Positions 34,471-47,700 of a stretch of DNA of 64,000 nt are shown here, one piece after another (position 1 is the stretch's first letter; the number at the start of each line of letters is the position of its first letter). Origin of the DNA: Blastocladiella emersonii ATCC 22665 (Eukaryota; Fungi; Blastocladiomycota); the NCBI GenBank assembly GCA_025594325.1, contig JANHCV010000013.1, positions 744,001 to 808,000 on the forward strand, given 5' to 3'. The notes under the pieces were generated by a model. It had not been told where the DNA came from. It made no database searches and saw nothing but the letters and a program-made list of their open reading frames with translations. A program made the position numbers and the translations under genes.

Positions 34471-35506
34471 CTACTCGACCTGCTTGGCCGCCGACGACGG
34501 CGACGCCGACGGCGGGGCAGGCAGCCCATACTCGCGCCGCACGACGTCGACCTCCTTCTTAATCGCCTGGATCCGGTCGCGCAGCCGGATATACTCGTCG
34601 ATATCCAGCCGGTTGGCGCGGTACAGCGCGGCCTGGCGCGCCGAGACGTGCAGGTCCGAGTGCACCTCGTACGAGTACTCGCGGCGCGTCACGACGTAGA
34701 ACATGTAGCTCGCGATGCCCGTGCCGAACGTCAGAAAGTAGCTGATGGGCTCCATCACGTCCCACGAGTACTCCCACCACGTCAGACGCGCCATCAGGCC
34801 CCACTGCGCGCACAGGAAACCCAGGCCGCCCCACACGAACAGGTTGGCGGAGCGGAGGGACTGGGCGTCGAGTTGGGTCTTGGTCGCGGCGAGGGACGCG
34901 AGTGCGGGTTCCGCCGCGGCGAGTTCCGCGGTCAGGTGCCGCGTGCGCTCTACATTTTGGGGAGGGTCAGCCTTCGCGCCGCACCGAAACCCACGAAAAA
35001 GACGGACCCGTGAACGACGGCAACTCGACTGCCACCACCTTATCCTTGCCGACCTTGAGCTCGACGGCCATCTCGGGCGCCGCCATCCCCTCGCGCACCA
35101 CGTCGAGCGTCGGCGTGCTGCGGCACCACCGCACCTTATCCACACCCGCGGGGCCCGCGCCACCCGCGGTCGTGGTGTAAACCGCCACATCCGCCGCCCC
35201 GACCTCCCGCGCGACCTGCAGCAGCGTCCCGTGGATCGGCCGGTCCGGGTACAGCTTGACGCGCACGGGCGTAGATGCAGAGTCCGAATCCCCCAAAACA
35301 GCGGACGCGGGAAGGTGCAGGTACGCCGGCCGCTGCGTCGCCAGATCGTACTGGATCGCGGCCACGTCGGGCGACGACGGGAGCGGCGTCAGATGGCGCG
35401 CCGCGGGACCGGCGGTGGCGGACGTGGCGGCGCCGGGGGTGGAAGTGGCGAGGCCGCGCCGGAACAGCGTCGACGCGCGCAGGGCGAGGCGCGTGGAGAG
35501 TAGCAT
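34471..35506 (-). CDS. MCU: mitochondrial calcium uniporter, animal-like (~325 aa)
   Basis: Mitochondrial presequence, coiled coil, and two TMs around TWWEYSWDVMEPISYF. Intron 35007-34950. Confidence 0.93.
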
Positions 35507-36992
35507 GGTGTTGATACGTTGCAGGGAGTCTGGTGGAGAGAGAGAGAGGGCGCCGAGAACGGGGAGCGGCGCGAAGGAAGGACGGGAGGCTTGTCCGGGA
35601 AGCCGAAGCCGGAACGCCACACCGCACGTGCGCCACGCGCGCCTGGACGACGCGTCGCCCCTCGCGTCGGCGCGCTAGGCGGTGGTGCTCGATCAGGGAA
35701 CGCATCATGCGGGGCAGATAGGTTATGCTGAGCGGCAGGGCGACTATAAATACGAAAAGGGCGAATCCCTACGTGGCGCAGACGGTCGGATCGCACTGGG
35801 GTTCGACGACGGGACTCGGCGCAGGAGACGGCAGCGAGAGACTTTTAATAACTTAGAAGCCCTTCTCAGACAGATATGAACAAATCTTCAGAGTGCGATT
35901 GTAAAAGCTGCGCCTTCGGTTCAAGGCGCTGCTCCTGCGGCTGCCCAGCGCACCGCGCGCCAGACCACTCAACAGCGCGCGACATGCTGCGCTTCGGAAC
36001 CGACAACGAGATGTGCTACACTTCTGCAACTTCATCCCACTCGACTGTGCAGCAAGTGTCAAGTGATATTCCGATGTTCGTCGACCTTCTCTTGGTTACC
36101 TTTGCCTTGAAGCGGGCGGCCTTGAGCTCGGGCCGTGTTTCACGGACAACTGACGCGTGGACGGCGGCAGGATACGTTTCGCTCCCACAAGCACTCTCGC
36201 TCGGCAAGCAGAGCCGGGGCTAACTCGATTGCGATCACGAGCCTAGCTCTGCATAATCAAGTCCTTCACAAACGAGGCGTTCTCGCTCCGCTACTTTCGC
36301 ATTGACGAGATTACGAACGACAAGTCGGCCGCGGCCGAGATCCTGATACTGCAGCTTCGTCGGTCGCTCATCGTGTCGTCTAAGATGTAGCTCGTACGCC
36401 CGCATTCTGGCAGTACCTCGCACCAAACCAGCTGGACAACGTCGGCAAAGTCTTCGCCGCTCTCCACGTTGCGCAAAACGGCGTCGAGCACGACGTGTTC
36501 ATCTTCTCGCAGTTTTACGTCTACAACAAGATCCCGCGTACCACGTCAACCTACGACAGCTCCATAACGGTCCAAAGGATCGCGTTCCTCCCGCGACGCC
36601 AAGCTGGCCGCACGCGCCATGCCACGCTCAACGACTCTTCAGCCACGATCTGTCCACAGCGGAAGAGCAAAGTTCTACGAGTTGACCTCCCACGAGCCTC
36701 AGCCGACCATCGTACCAGTCGCCAGGGAAGCCAAGCTGGCACCGGACAGACCCTTACGAGCGGCCTTGCACCAGGCTCTCCATCGCGGCGACCGTTTCGG
36801 CGATGCGCGGGCGACATGCCCCGCCGCGCCTTGCCTTGGCTCAAGGCTTCAAACGTTGTCCTGAGCTGCACAAGGGTTACCGCTGCGGAGCAGACGGTTC
36901 CAACTCAGCTTTGACACAGCACGGCATCCCGTAAATACAGCTCATGGTCGTGTAATCCGTGAAAGTAAATGAAATGAAATGTGAGAACTGCT

Positions 36993-38696
36993 TTAGAACA
37001 TGACTCCAGCCTGCGTGATGGCACGGAGGACCGAGCTGGTCAGAAATGGCCTCATGTCAATTCCCAACTTTTCCGTCAGTAAGTACAGTGCGACAAATTC
37101 AGACTTGACAGTGGCGGGATCGCGTTCGAGAACCACGGTGCCTGGCCCACAGATGACGCCGTCGGTATACCTGTCCCAGTTGAGGCCCACCACGTAGCGT
37201 AACGCTGCAAGGACGCGGACTCAACGTTAGTAGTCGCAAAGGATACCGAACAAGCAAGAAAGTCGTACCGTCAGCTATCACGTCGGAAAGCACTTCGGCG
37301 GGGAAAAAGCTGACAAAGCGCTCTGGAGCAGCATACTTGGTCCGAATCGCGATGACGACGCAGCGAGCCAACTCGTCGCGGTCCAGCAGGCCGTACTTGG
37401 CGATTTCAATGAGAGCCTTCCGGCGGCCTCCAAAACTGCCTGCAGCAAAAATCTTGCTGAGAGCGGTGGCATCACCGCCCAAAAGCGCTGCTGCAAGTTT
37501 CTTCCTGTAGCGCGATTGCAAGCGAAACGCGCACAGCGTGGTATCAAACTGGCGGAGCACCTTGACGGTGAACTCAGAGCTGGCGTAGGTGACAACGCAG
37601 AGCGCTAGACAAGGCGTCACCTCGCGGTCAATACGCTCGCCGTTCGTTCCAGCGAACCACGAAAGGGTCGAGACAACGAGGTCGGTTGGGAGCGACGCGT
37701 CAAATGCGCGGGCAGCAAGCGGTACGTACGGAAAGCTGGCAAACATCTCGCGGCGCAATCCGTAACGGGGCGACTCGAGAAGTTCGAGAACTTCGGGCCG
37801 CCACCACTTGAGCGCCACGAGCGCGAGATAGCCGAAATAGCGCGGCGTGATCTGGCCAGCGAACGATTCGATTTGGATTCTCCAAGTCGTCGAGTCCCAG
37901 AAATGATCCATGATCTGTTTCCGAGGGTGTGGAAGTATGCGCCATTCGAGAAAATTATCGCAACTGGCCCACACGTGAAACGGGAGCTCGTGGGAAGCAG
38001 CTGGCTGGGCGGCGAGGGCGTCGAGTACGAGGCGAAGTTCAGGGATGCGTCCCTGCGCAACGAATAACATTGCGAGCTGGCGGAGGACAAAGTACTGGGG
38101 CCGGATGTCTTTAATTGGGCCAAGGTTCGTCGGCGAGAGCTTCACCCACTGGCCGTCCTCCGTTTCGTCTACCGCGGGGACGTAATAAAACTGCTCTTCG
38201 AAATTGGCAGCCCATTCGGTAAACTCTTCAGCCGAAATGGACTCGAGATTCTGCGGCGCGTATCGAGTGATGATGCGGGTGACCGTTGGCATGTCAAACA
38301 CGTCGACGGAAGGTAGCCAGCGCACTCGGTCCGTTCCACGACGAGGCGCGGCTGTGCGCTCAAGGCAGGCGAGATGGCGCAGGTACAAGTCGAACGGCAA
38401 TCCGAAGTTCACCAGGTCGCCCAAGTCGCGCGCGTCAAATCGGCATTCAATGTTGCCACACGGGTGATGCCGGCTCCAACCGCACAGATCGGGCCGAAGC
38501 ATGAAGGTGGATCGCCAAACCCACTGGATGTCGGGCTCATCGCCAAGTTCAGCGAAGCCGCGAGAGGCAAGCGGAAGAGCGACCCGTGGGACGGCGAGGC
38601 GCAAGACTTGGCCAACGATTTCAGCGGCAGGTCCGCAAAGTGAATCGGGTTCGAGCTGTCCGAACCGTTGCACGGAGTGATTTCATTCGTTTCCAT
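36993..38696 (-). pseudogene. F-box-like family, subfamily A copy 1 (frameshift near 38628, premature stop)
   Basis: METNE...FADLP/AEIVGQVL is broken by a 1-nt deletion. Intron 37268-37205. Stops at AGVMF* where copy A3 continues for several hundred more residues. Confidence 0.7.
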
Positions 38697-38925
38697 GGCG
38701 TGGAGGTGTTCACGGCGGTCGAGAGAGGGCCGAGCCTCGCTGCGAGCGAGGCTGAGCAGGGGGGCGACAACGGCCATCCGCGTGCCATAAGGTCGAGTGG
38801 CTGCCACTCCTTTCAACGCGTCCCCCAAGCGTCTCGCTCGCGCGCGGCGGTCAGCTTACCCTCCCGTCGACAGCTCCTTCCGCTTCGCTCATCGTGCATG
38901 AACGATTACAACTCTACGCAATGAA

Positions 38926-39701
38926 ATGAAGAATTTCTGCGAACTTGTGCTCGAATTCATGACCCCAACCAACATCACGCGCGTCATGACGTTCCGGCGA
39001 CGCGTCGCCCGCGAGGAGGCGCAGATGTTCCGAGAGATCCTGCGCCAGTCGACTACCGCGCGAATCGAGCACTGCCACCGCCGCGCCCTCGCCCTCGCTG
39101 GCTCGCAGGACCATCCAACCGCTTGGGATGCGGCGCGGGTGCGGCGCTCGGCACGTTTGCGCGCGCCGAGTCGGACCTGGAGCGAAACCTCGCTAGCGCC
39201 ATCCAGGAGGTGAACGCGCGGAGCGAGCTGCACATGTACAAGGCCGACTGGTACCGCGTGTGGGACGAGCCGACGCACTACTGGCTCGCGTCCATGCATG
39301 AGTACGAGACGGGTGTGGTCGAGAAAGTCGCGAGGGCGGTGGAACGTCTCCACGCGACAGACGTTTGCACCTCGAGCCCCGACGTGCCGAGTTTTGTCCC
39401 GCTCATCTCCTACTCGGAGCTACTCTCGAGTCCATCGACTTCTTCTGCGGAGCTCGTCCAAGGGCTGGGCTCCGTCTCGGGCACAACGCCCGCACCCGCG
39501 CCGGCGTACGGTCTCCACGCGCCCGCCGACCTCGCCAGCGCCACGCACGGCCTCAACGCGCCCATCCACCTGCCCGCTGCGGCTCCCGGGTTCCACACGC
39601 ACGCCGCTCAACCTGCCGTCGCGGTCGGGTTCTTAGTCCCGCTCGCCCAACTCGGGCCTCTCGCCGCTGCCGGCGCCCATCAACAGGATCAGATCCTGTA
39701 A
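38926..39701 (+). CDS. hypothetical protein (~258 aa if a 1-nt deletion near 39140 is restored)
   Basis: Two overlapping high-GC3 ORFs join as DAARV-AALGTFAR when one G is added. Start motif ACT-CTAC-GCAA at 38911. Confidence 0.45.
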
Positions 39702-40084
39702 GCTCAAGCTCAACTTCGAGATCCCCATGGCTTCGCTGTCGTGCAAGCAGCAGCCGCTGTCGCGCTCGTTCTCGAACTTGACCTCCCATCATTGTCCATT
39801 GCCTGCATGATTTCCTCCCTGTATATACTCAGATCTATTCACCGTCCAATCCTTCACTCCCTTGTTCGCGCTGATGGCGATTGTGATGAATCACTTGTGA
39901 TGAAACGCGACGCGCGTCGCGTCGCACGTCGGCGCTTCTCACGAGCGACGATACGCGTAACCCTACCATGAATTCGGCATGTTCCCGAGGCGCTAAGGCT
40001 GTTCTCAATGGAGTGGATCGACAAGGTGCGCGAGGCGGCCGGACCCAACAACGAAAAAGGTAATGAGCAGCGGCACAGCTCGTC

Positions 40085-40687
40085 GACGAGGCCGGCAGCA
40101 TCTTCTACCTCGCGTTCCTTGAGAAGTGGTGCTTGGCCGACGGCGGGTCGCCGACCAAGTACGTGCCTGGCATCCCCGCCTGCACCATCACCGCCCTGTT
40201 CAGCATCATCGGCACGTTCAAGGCCTTTGACGAGCGCTACGCTCGCGCCAACCCAGAGGCGAACGCCAAGCCGTGGCGCCAGCGCTTCCTCACCACTGAC
40301 ATGGTCGAGGCGTACTTCTCGGGCTGCCGCAACGCGTGGGGCCAGGACGGGCGCGCCAAGTCCAACACGCTGCCGCGCATCGTGATCCTGCTCGCCATGA
40401 GCAAGGCCGACCACTCGGCCGAGCAGCTCGCGAAGCCGTTTGACGAGCGCGGCGGGTTCGTTGGGTCCTCGTCGCGGCACTCGATGATCGGCGGGTACAA
40501 GCTCAACACGGGCGTGTGGGGGACGATGCGCGGCGAGGGATGGGCACGAGGCACTCTGATCGCTCCCGCCGCCCCCGCCGACCGCCCGCGCAAGCGCCCA
40601 GCAGGCGAAGTCGAGGGCGGCATCGAGTCGAGACCGAGCAACCGCGGCTTCCACCGCAACGGCACTCATGTGGGTCCCCAGTCGTAG
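40085..40687 (+). mobile_element. possible P-element/THAP9-like transposase C-terminal RNase-H fragment
   Basis: FYLAFLEKW...RFLTTDMVEAYFSGCR resembles the (S/T)QD.LE.FF..(I/V)R catalytic-Glu motif. High GC3. No N-terminal part or TIRs seen. Confidence 0.4.
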
Positions 40688-41094
40688 GCACGGTCGGCGA
40701 GATCGTGACGGGCGCAGCTTCGCGCCGCGCGCCGAGTCCAACGGGTCACGGGCCCGCGAGGGAAGACAGAGATCGGGCAGTAGCAGCAAGAGAGAACATT
40801 TTTGTAATGCATAGGTATCATGTATATTGCGATCCATGGGCTTGCCGAGGTCGAAGAGAGAGAGAAAAGCGGCCGAGGCGATGTGGCGGGTGGCGCAAGC
40901 GGAGGCCTGAGAGGCGGATTGGAGTGGCAGTCTATGGCACGCGTCGGCTTCCCTGTGTCGATCATCGCTTGCACAGCGCGCCACGACTTGGCGTTCGGCT
41001 CTGGAGGCTGAGAACGCCGAGCGCCACCGTCTCGAAGCACGCCGAGTCCGACCACTTCCAACCCTCTTTCAGAGCGCTTCTCACCACCACTTCC

Positions 41095-43306
41095 ATGAAA
41101 CACTCTATGCAATCAAGTCTTGGGATAGTCGACGTTCCGTCTCTGGCGTTCGCGGACCTGCCGCACGATCTGCGCCTCGCCGTGGTGCAGCTGGCCCAGC
41201 CGCGCACCGCGATCCCTGCTGCTTCTCGCAACGCCTGGCTGGCTGCCGCGGACTTGCAAGTCACTTTATCGTGGGCATCCAGCGAACTGTTTCAGGTAAT
41301 CCTCAAGGACACCATTCTGCGCAATACCAGCCGGCCGACCGCGACCTCCAGCATCAGCGATATCTTGCCACAATCTGTGCTCGGGCTTTGCACGCTCAAG
41401 TCGACTTCGCATTCCGATCTGCTTGAGAGCATCGCCAAGTCTGCCATCGATCGCTTTTCGCACAAGCAATCTCAACAATGCCCAGCCAGCAGCCTTGTTG
41501 CGGCTGAGCTCCGCATTAACTGCTCCAGCACCACGTTTCGGCCTCTTCGACAGCCGCTCGCAACTATGCTCCTTGCTATTGTGTGCGCGGTCTTCACGGG
41601 CCGCCTTGCCCTTCTGGAGCGTTGCCTCGGGGAAATCCAGGAGCAATGTCCCGCGTTGCTCGATACCCGACTTCCGTGGTTGGAGTGGTCCAAGCTCTGC
41701 TGGTTCGATTTCCTCGTCCACGTCCGCATCATGGTCGCTCGTGGTGACGAAGTCAAGCTTGGCGCCGCCCAGTCTTCGTTTGCGCCTCGTCTCATTGACT
41801 ACCTCGGCTTCCTTGCCGCGGTTACTTGGAGTCCAGACCCACTCAAGCTCCTCGCGCATCCTCGCTACTGCATGGACGTGACCAACGTCATTGCCTTTTT
41901 GTCGCTTGACCCAATCGTGGAGCTGTTGAACCGGGGCATGGGAAGGGCCACCACCAACTCAGACTTTGCCAGCTTTTACTGGCTTCTCGAACACGGCTGG
42001 ACGGGCGAACATGCAGGCCACGGCCAGTCGTCCATCGTGTGTGTTGCTTGCTTTGATCCCACTCTCCTCGCGCGCGCTGTTGCTGGCCACCCCAAGGAGG
42101 TCATGCGCATCCTGAACCTGAACCCAGCGCGGCTTTTGGAGATCCGTCGTACTCTTGAGGACATGTTTATCTACCACAAGGTGGATTTCAGCACACTTGG
42201 CCCGCTGGTGGAGCACGGTATTCTCAGCGCGTCTGAATGGGCAGTTGCTCTCGTTCGCATACTCAACAGCAAGCTTGACGAGACCGCAAGTGAAATTCGT
42301 GCCGTTGTTGATGGCGCAACCTGGGAAGACGTTCTTGTTGAAGGCACGGCGCCCTATGATTCCCGCTTATTAACGAAGCCACTAACTCACATTGATACTA
42401 TGCGCACGCATACCTGTAGCCTTCAAACGCGTCCGTTACGGCAGCGAGGGCCTTGTTTGCTATTTCCCGCAGCGGCTCATTCGCCTCGCGCACGGCCTGA
42501 CGGAAAGCCTCATGGACCGCTTTGCCGCCGCTCTATTTGGACCCGACCAGGAAGCCTTGGCTAGTTCGATCGCTGACGTCATTGATGGCGAGCAGCTCGC
42601 TGACCCGTTGAAAGTGCTTGCGATCGTTGTGCGAACGATTCAAACGGCACCCTCCGGTGCGCTTGATTTTCCTCCCGGCATGTCGTACGCCATTTCGTGG
42701 CTCCTGACTCGGCTTTTGTCGGATTCGACATTTCACGACGCCACGCTTGACCTTTTGTGCGACTTGGACGCCGCGTCGCACTTGCTCAGCGCCATGATCG
42801 CGGCCTACTTCTCCCACCTTTATGGCCGCAGTCTCTACCTCCCGGCACTTTCTCAGAGCCTCTGCGACTGTCCGCTTACTTTCTTACCCCAGTGGCAGGA
42901 CGCCTTTATTGACCTGCTTTCGCTCGTGCCGCGCGCTTCCAGCGACTCGAATGCGCCACGTCTCCTTGCGACGTACTTTCCCGCTGAAATCAAACGAGAA
43001 CTCGCGGAATCGATTGCTCTCGAAGTATCCAACGACTGCTGCGCTCAGAAGCCTCTGTCAACGACTTCAATCGTCGTGATCCTCTCAGCGCTCAACGCCC
43101 ACGATCCGCGGCTCCTTGTCGAGTTTCTCTTTATACTTGCTCCGCTTCCGGAGCTGGTCACTATCTTCTTCTCCAGCGGTGGAATTGACTTGGTTCTCAC
43201 TGAGGACGATATCTCTCGCCTTCTCGCGGTCCCTGGAACCACAGACAAACACATGGCCGAGCTTGAGCGGATCGCACAGTGCTTCGCTCGGCCAAGTCAC
43301 AAATGA
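41095..43306 (+). CDS. F-box-like family, subfamily B copy 1 (~711 aa, needs a GC-AG intron)
   Basis: FADLPHDLRLAVVQL N-terminus. Exons 41095-42343 and 42420-43306 splice in frame via a GCACGG donor at the position of GT donors in the paralogues. Confidence 0.75.
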
Positions 43307-43972
43307 TTTCATGTTTTAGCTGTTTACGGCAGCGGTCTTGTGTCCTCATGTTTACTAATATCTTCAACAAAATTCTCTGCATTTCTCACGTGAGTGGCGC
43401 AACGCGTCATTTTCGCAGTGTCGAGTCCAACCGCGCGAGATTAGACGAGCCGCAAGAGGCAGGCTGAAGCGCACCCGTGTGCTCTTTGAGAACAGCACCG
43501 TGTAGCGCGTGAGGTTACAGCCGCAGCGACATGCGGATATCTGCTCGCGAAGCAAAGCAAGGGAAGTTTTTCGACGAAGGATAGCACATCAAAGTCGCGA
43601 CGTATATTTCAACAAAACGCGAAAAAATGAAGCAGTTAAAGAAGAAAGGCGTAAGCAGGAATAGGTGGTCTCGATCAAAGCGCAACGCCGAACCGCTCAA
43701 GCGCAATGGTAAGCGCCGTGGTCGCGAGGGGTTGAAGGCTGACGCCCAGTTTCCCCGTCAGAGCAGCGAGAAACTGGACCTCGGTGCGCAGCGTCGCGTC
43801 GTCGCGCGGTGGCACGACGGTCCCGTGGCCCGTGCACAGCCCGCCCTCGCATTCCTTGTGGTTGATGCCCGCTACATAGTGGATGGCTGCGAGCAGTGCT
43901 CCACGTCAGCAAAGCAACGCTGCAGCAGAGTGAAGTGAGGAGTAGGCGAGACTCTGCACCACGTACCAGACT

Positions 43973-45335
43973 TCAACACGACCTGGAGAGCGGGAGGTGG
44001 AAGATAGCGAAGAAAAACGCCAGGATCAACGGTACGCGTGCGCATCGCCATGAAAACACAGTAGGCGAGCTCACACTCCGGTTGAGCGCACCGTACGCGG
44101 CCGCCTCGACCAAAGTCCGCTGGTGGTTGTCAAACTCGCCCGCTTTGAAGATCGTCTTGAAGGCCTCAAAGTTGCCGCCAAACATTGTGTGACGAAGCCG
44201 TTCTTGTTGAGCGAATCAAAACTAAAGGCGCACATGTAGCGGTCGAAGCGGCGGAGAACCTTGACAAAGCACTCTGGACTGGCTACGCCTTGAACAGACA
44301 TGGCAAGAAAGTCCTGGCCGTCGCAGTACAGGGGCTCCCCATCGTCGCCGGCAAACCACGACAGAGTCGAGACAACGAGGTCGGCCGGGAGAGAAGGGTG
44401 ACACGACTTTCGAACCAAGTCGTGGTACGGAAACTTGGTGAACATCTCGCGCCGGATCTCGTAATGCGGCTGCTCGAGGAGCTCGAGAACCTTGGGCTGC
44501 CACCACTTGAGGGCCAAAAGAGCGAGGTAGCTGAAGAAGAGCGGCTTTAGTTGGCCGGCAAAGCGCTCAATGGAGCGACTCCACGGTGTGTCCCAAAAGA
44601 GATCGTCGTTCATGGACTCGAATCGCCAGTCGAGCTCGCCGTCGAGGAAGGACCACATGCAGAACGAGAGCTCGTACGAAAAGGCTGGGAGACGCGCGAG
44701 CGCAGCGAGGACGAGAGTGAGTTCGGAAAGGCGGCCCTGCGCGACAAAGAACACGGCAAGCTGGCGGAGGACGAAAAAGTGCTGGACGACATCGTCGACG
44801 GGCTCCAGGAACCGGTACGACCACTCGAGGTCCTTGGACCACTACTTGGAAAACTTGGCAGCCGAAACCGAATCGAGCGACTTGGCCGAAAAGCGGGCGA
44901 CGAGACGGGCGACGGTAGCGTGGTCAAACACGTCGACAGAAGGGAGCCGGCGAGCGCAGTCCGTCTCGCGGCGAGAAGCGGCGGTCTTTTCGAGGCAAGC
45001 AAGATGGCACAGTTAGCAAGTCAAGCGTCGAGGATTCTCTTTGGGGTCGACCGCCGCATCGTATTTGAGGTACTCACAAGGGCACTTGCTCCGCTTGCAA
45101 GGATGAAGGCGACCCCATCCGCAAGAGTCGGGACGGAACATGAAGGTGCACCGCCAAACCCACTGCATGTTCTGCTTGGCCGCAAACCGAGCCAAAGCGC
45201 GGCTCGCGAGCGGCACCTCGACGCGCGGCGCGGCGAGCTGGACAACCTGGGTCACAAGCACGGTGGGCAAGTTGAAAATCTAAGGGCTCCCGCCAAGCTG
45301 TGGCTGTTGCGGAAAGTCATTTCATGAGCTTTCAT
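43973..45335 (-). pseudogene. F-box-like family, subfamily A copy 2, degenerate
   Basis: Homologous to A1/A3 (HFFVLRQLAVFFVAQGR, YLALLALKWWQPKVLELL). At least two frameshifts and two in-frame stops (TAA ~45013, TAG ~44840). 3' end approximate. Confidence 0.8.
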
Positions 45336-45495
45336 GGAGAGTGATCGGGCGGTTGGGCAGCAGAGAGCGTGCGCAGCGACGAAGGTCGGCGTTCAGGTCG
45401 GCGTTGGGGCGAGGTCCCGTGAGCGAAGGTCATCTTGGGAACCGGCCTCCGCCCCTGTTCCCTCTCCTCCCTCACGAATGTAACTCGTCACTACC

Positions 45496-47700
45496 ATGAA
45501 GCACTCCATGCAATCATCACAGAGAACCGAGTTTATGCCGATCTCACGCTTTTCTGATCTTCCGGCCGAGCTCGTTGTCGCCGTCCTCCAGCTGGCCAAC
45601 CCGCGCTGCGCTATCCCGGTCGCGTCGCGCATCTTGGCCTCGGCTGCAAGTCAAACGCCGGTTTGCGCATCGTGGACGTTTTGCAGGCTTTCCAGCGTCT
45701 TCCTCGCGCCCCGCCAAACCTTGTCAAACCGCCCAAACGACCTCCCGCTGCGCCTCTCAAATACGCGCCCCGATATCCGCGACACGTTATTTCACGTCCT
45801 GCGTGATACCTGCTGCCGGATTCCGAGGGTACACGTCAATCTCATGCCCGTCTTCGTCCGATGCCTTGCAACCCGCATTTCGCAACAGCATTCGCGTCAT
45901 CGTCAATCGGCCGACGTCTTGGAAGAGTACCTCCGCAGCGTGATGGACAGCGTGGGCGTGCAGCAAGTGATTTCGCCGTTTCAGCAGCCCATGGCGGCCA
46001 TACTTGCTATCATGGGATGCGCAATTCTGATGGGTCAGGGTTCCCTCCTCGAAACGTGCCTGGCCGGGATTTTGGAGCACTGTTCCGCTCTCTTGAATGC
46101 CCGCCTGCAGTGGACCGAGTGGCACACCTTGTGCTGGCTTGAACCGCTTGCCGAACCAGGTTTTCTCTACTTTGCAGAGGATTTCGAACTCGCTGCATCG
46201 CAATCACGTCATATTCCGCAGCTCGTCGACTACTTGGGATATCTTGCCGTCATGACGTGCCGGCCTCCTTTGCTCGAGATTCTCATGCACGAGCGCTTCG
46301 AAATGGACGAATCCAACGTTGTCGCTTTTCTTTCGCTTGAGCCAAATGTGCTCAACCTTGCTCCTCGATTGAGCTTCAGTGGCGCCTTCCTCATCGACTG
46401 GATTCTGCATCGTGGCTGGACGGACGAGGGAGCAATCGATCGTGACTCTCTCATTGTTGGCCTCGCGCGTGCGGACCCTGCACTTCTGTGCCAACTACTC
46501 GTCAAGTATCCCGCGCAGATCATGGGTACTGCTACGCCGGAGCGGCTTTATTCGGTCCGCGGGTACCTCCTGCATCGCCTTGCAGAGCCTACCCTGGACC
46601 ACGCATGCCTTGAGGCACATGGCATTCTTGGTCCAGCCGCGTGGGCCGTCAATGTTCTTCGCCTACTCAATCGGGACGGCATCGATGAGGCGGGACCGAG
46701 TTTCTGCTACCTTCGCTCAGCAGTCGGCGATGCAATTTGGGGCGAAGTCCTTGTCGAGGGTGCGTGCTTGAAAATCATGTTGTGTGCGAGATCTGCCGAG
46801 CTGACTTGCGCAATCGTCTTACTCGCTTCTATTCACAGCGTTCAGAGCTGCGAATTTTGAAGACTTGGATTATGCTCCATCGTTGATGCAGCAAGTCAAC
46901 CAAGTTACCTCCGCGACTTCAACAAACGATCTCAGCAATCAATTTGCCACCATTCTTGCCCATTTGCACGACTTGAGCACTGCGCTTACTCGCTTCCTCA
47001 ACTGCAAACCGGCCACGAACCTGACTGCCGTCTTGGACGTTGTTGTGCGGGCAATCAGCACTGCGATTCGTTCAAGCCGTCGATTGAGGCAGCGCACGCC
47101 ATTTCTGCGTTTCTCCCTCGGCTTTTACGGGACCAAAGATTCGAAGATGCTGCGCTTGACATGCTGCGCGAGTCTGCTTGCGCGATGCACCTGATTGCTG
47201 CTATGATCTCCGCACACCTGTCGAGCCAACATTACAGGGCAGCTCGACGCATCCGCCACCGCATGCTTTGTCGCAACTGCCCCCCGAGCCACCAAATCTC
47301 GTGGCATGAGGCCTTTCTTGACGTGCTTTCGCTTGCTCCCGCGAACGATGGTACGCTGCGGCTCTTTGCGTCGTGCATCGCCGAGATCAAGTCCGAAGTG
47401 GCCGAATCCATCGCCTTCGAGATGGACAACGGCTGTTGTGCTGCCCAAATGAACGAGCTTGGTGGCCAGCGACCGACTGCCAGGCTCCTGACTGCACTGC
47501 TCGACCACGACCCGCGACTTGTGGTCGAGCTCTTGATCGGCATTGCTCCCGCGCCGCTCGAGCTCATGCGTTGCATCCCAGGTGGCGTACTCGATGCGGC
47601 CTTCACCGCTGCCAAGCTCTCGCAGCTCCTGGCGCACGATGGGACCACGGCCGCGCACAAGGCCGAGCTAGCGCGGCTCGCGCCGTCTCTTGCAATTTAG
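45496..47700 (+). pseudogene. F-box-like family, subfamily B copy 2 (1-nt deletion near 47065)
   Basis: FSDLPAELVVAVLQL. Intron 46760-46838. Homology to B3 changes frame at GCG-ATTCG (GCG GAT expected). Confidence 0.7.

Noticed and set aside
35860-36990. Possible decayed 3' half of F-box-like A1 (RGALGSRRS versus RGALDGRRS)
   Set aside because: A single short match with no colinear alignment of the intervening sequence.
38926-39000. JmjC C-terminal-like NFCELVLEFMTPTNI
   Set aside because: Too weak, and no HxD...H catalytic region upstream.
40516-41094. 193-codon upstream extension of the 682-aa ORF
   Set aside because: Low-complexity and overlapping the transposase fragment. Paralogue homology and the start motif begin at 41095.
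43540-43720. Lys-rich frame QGKFFDEG*HIKVATY resembling a Tc1/IS630-type transposase segment
   Set aside because: Short, interrupted by a stop, no DDE region. Could be chance.
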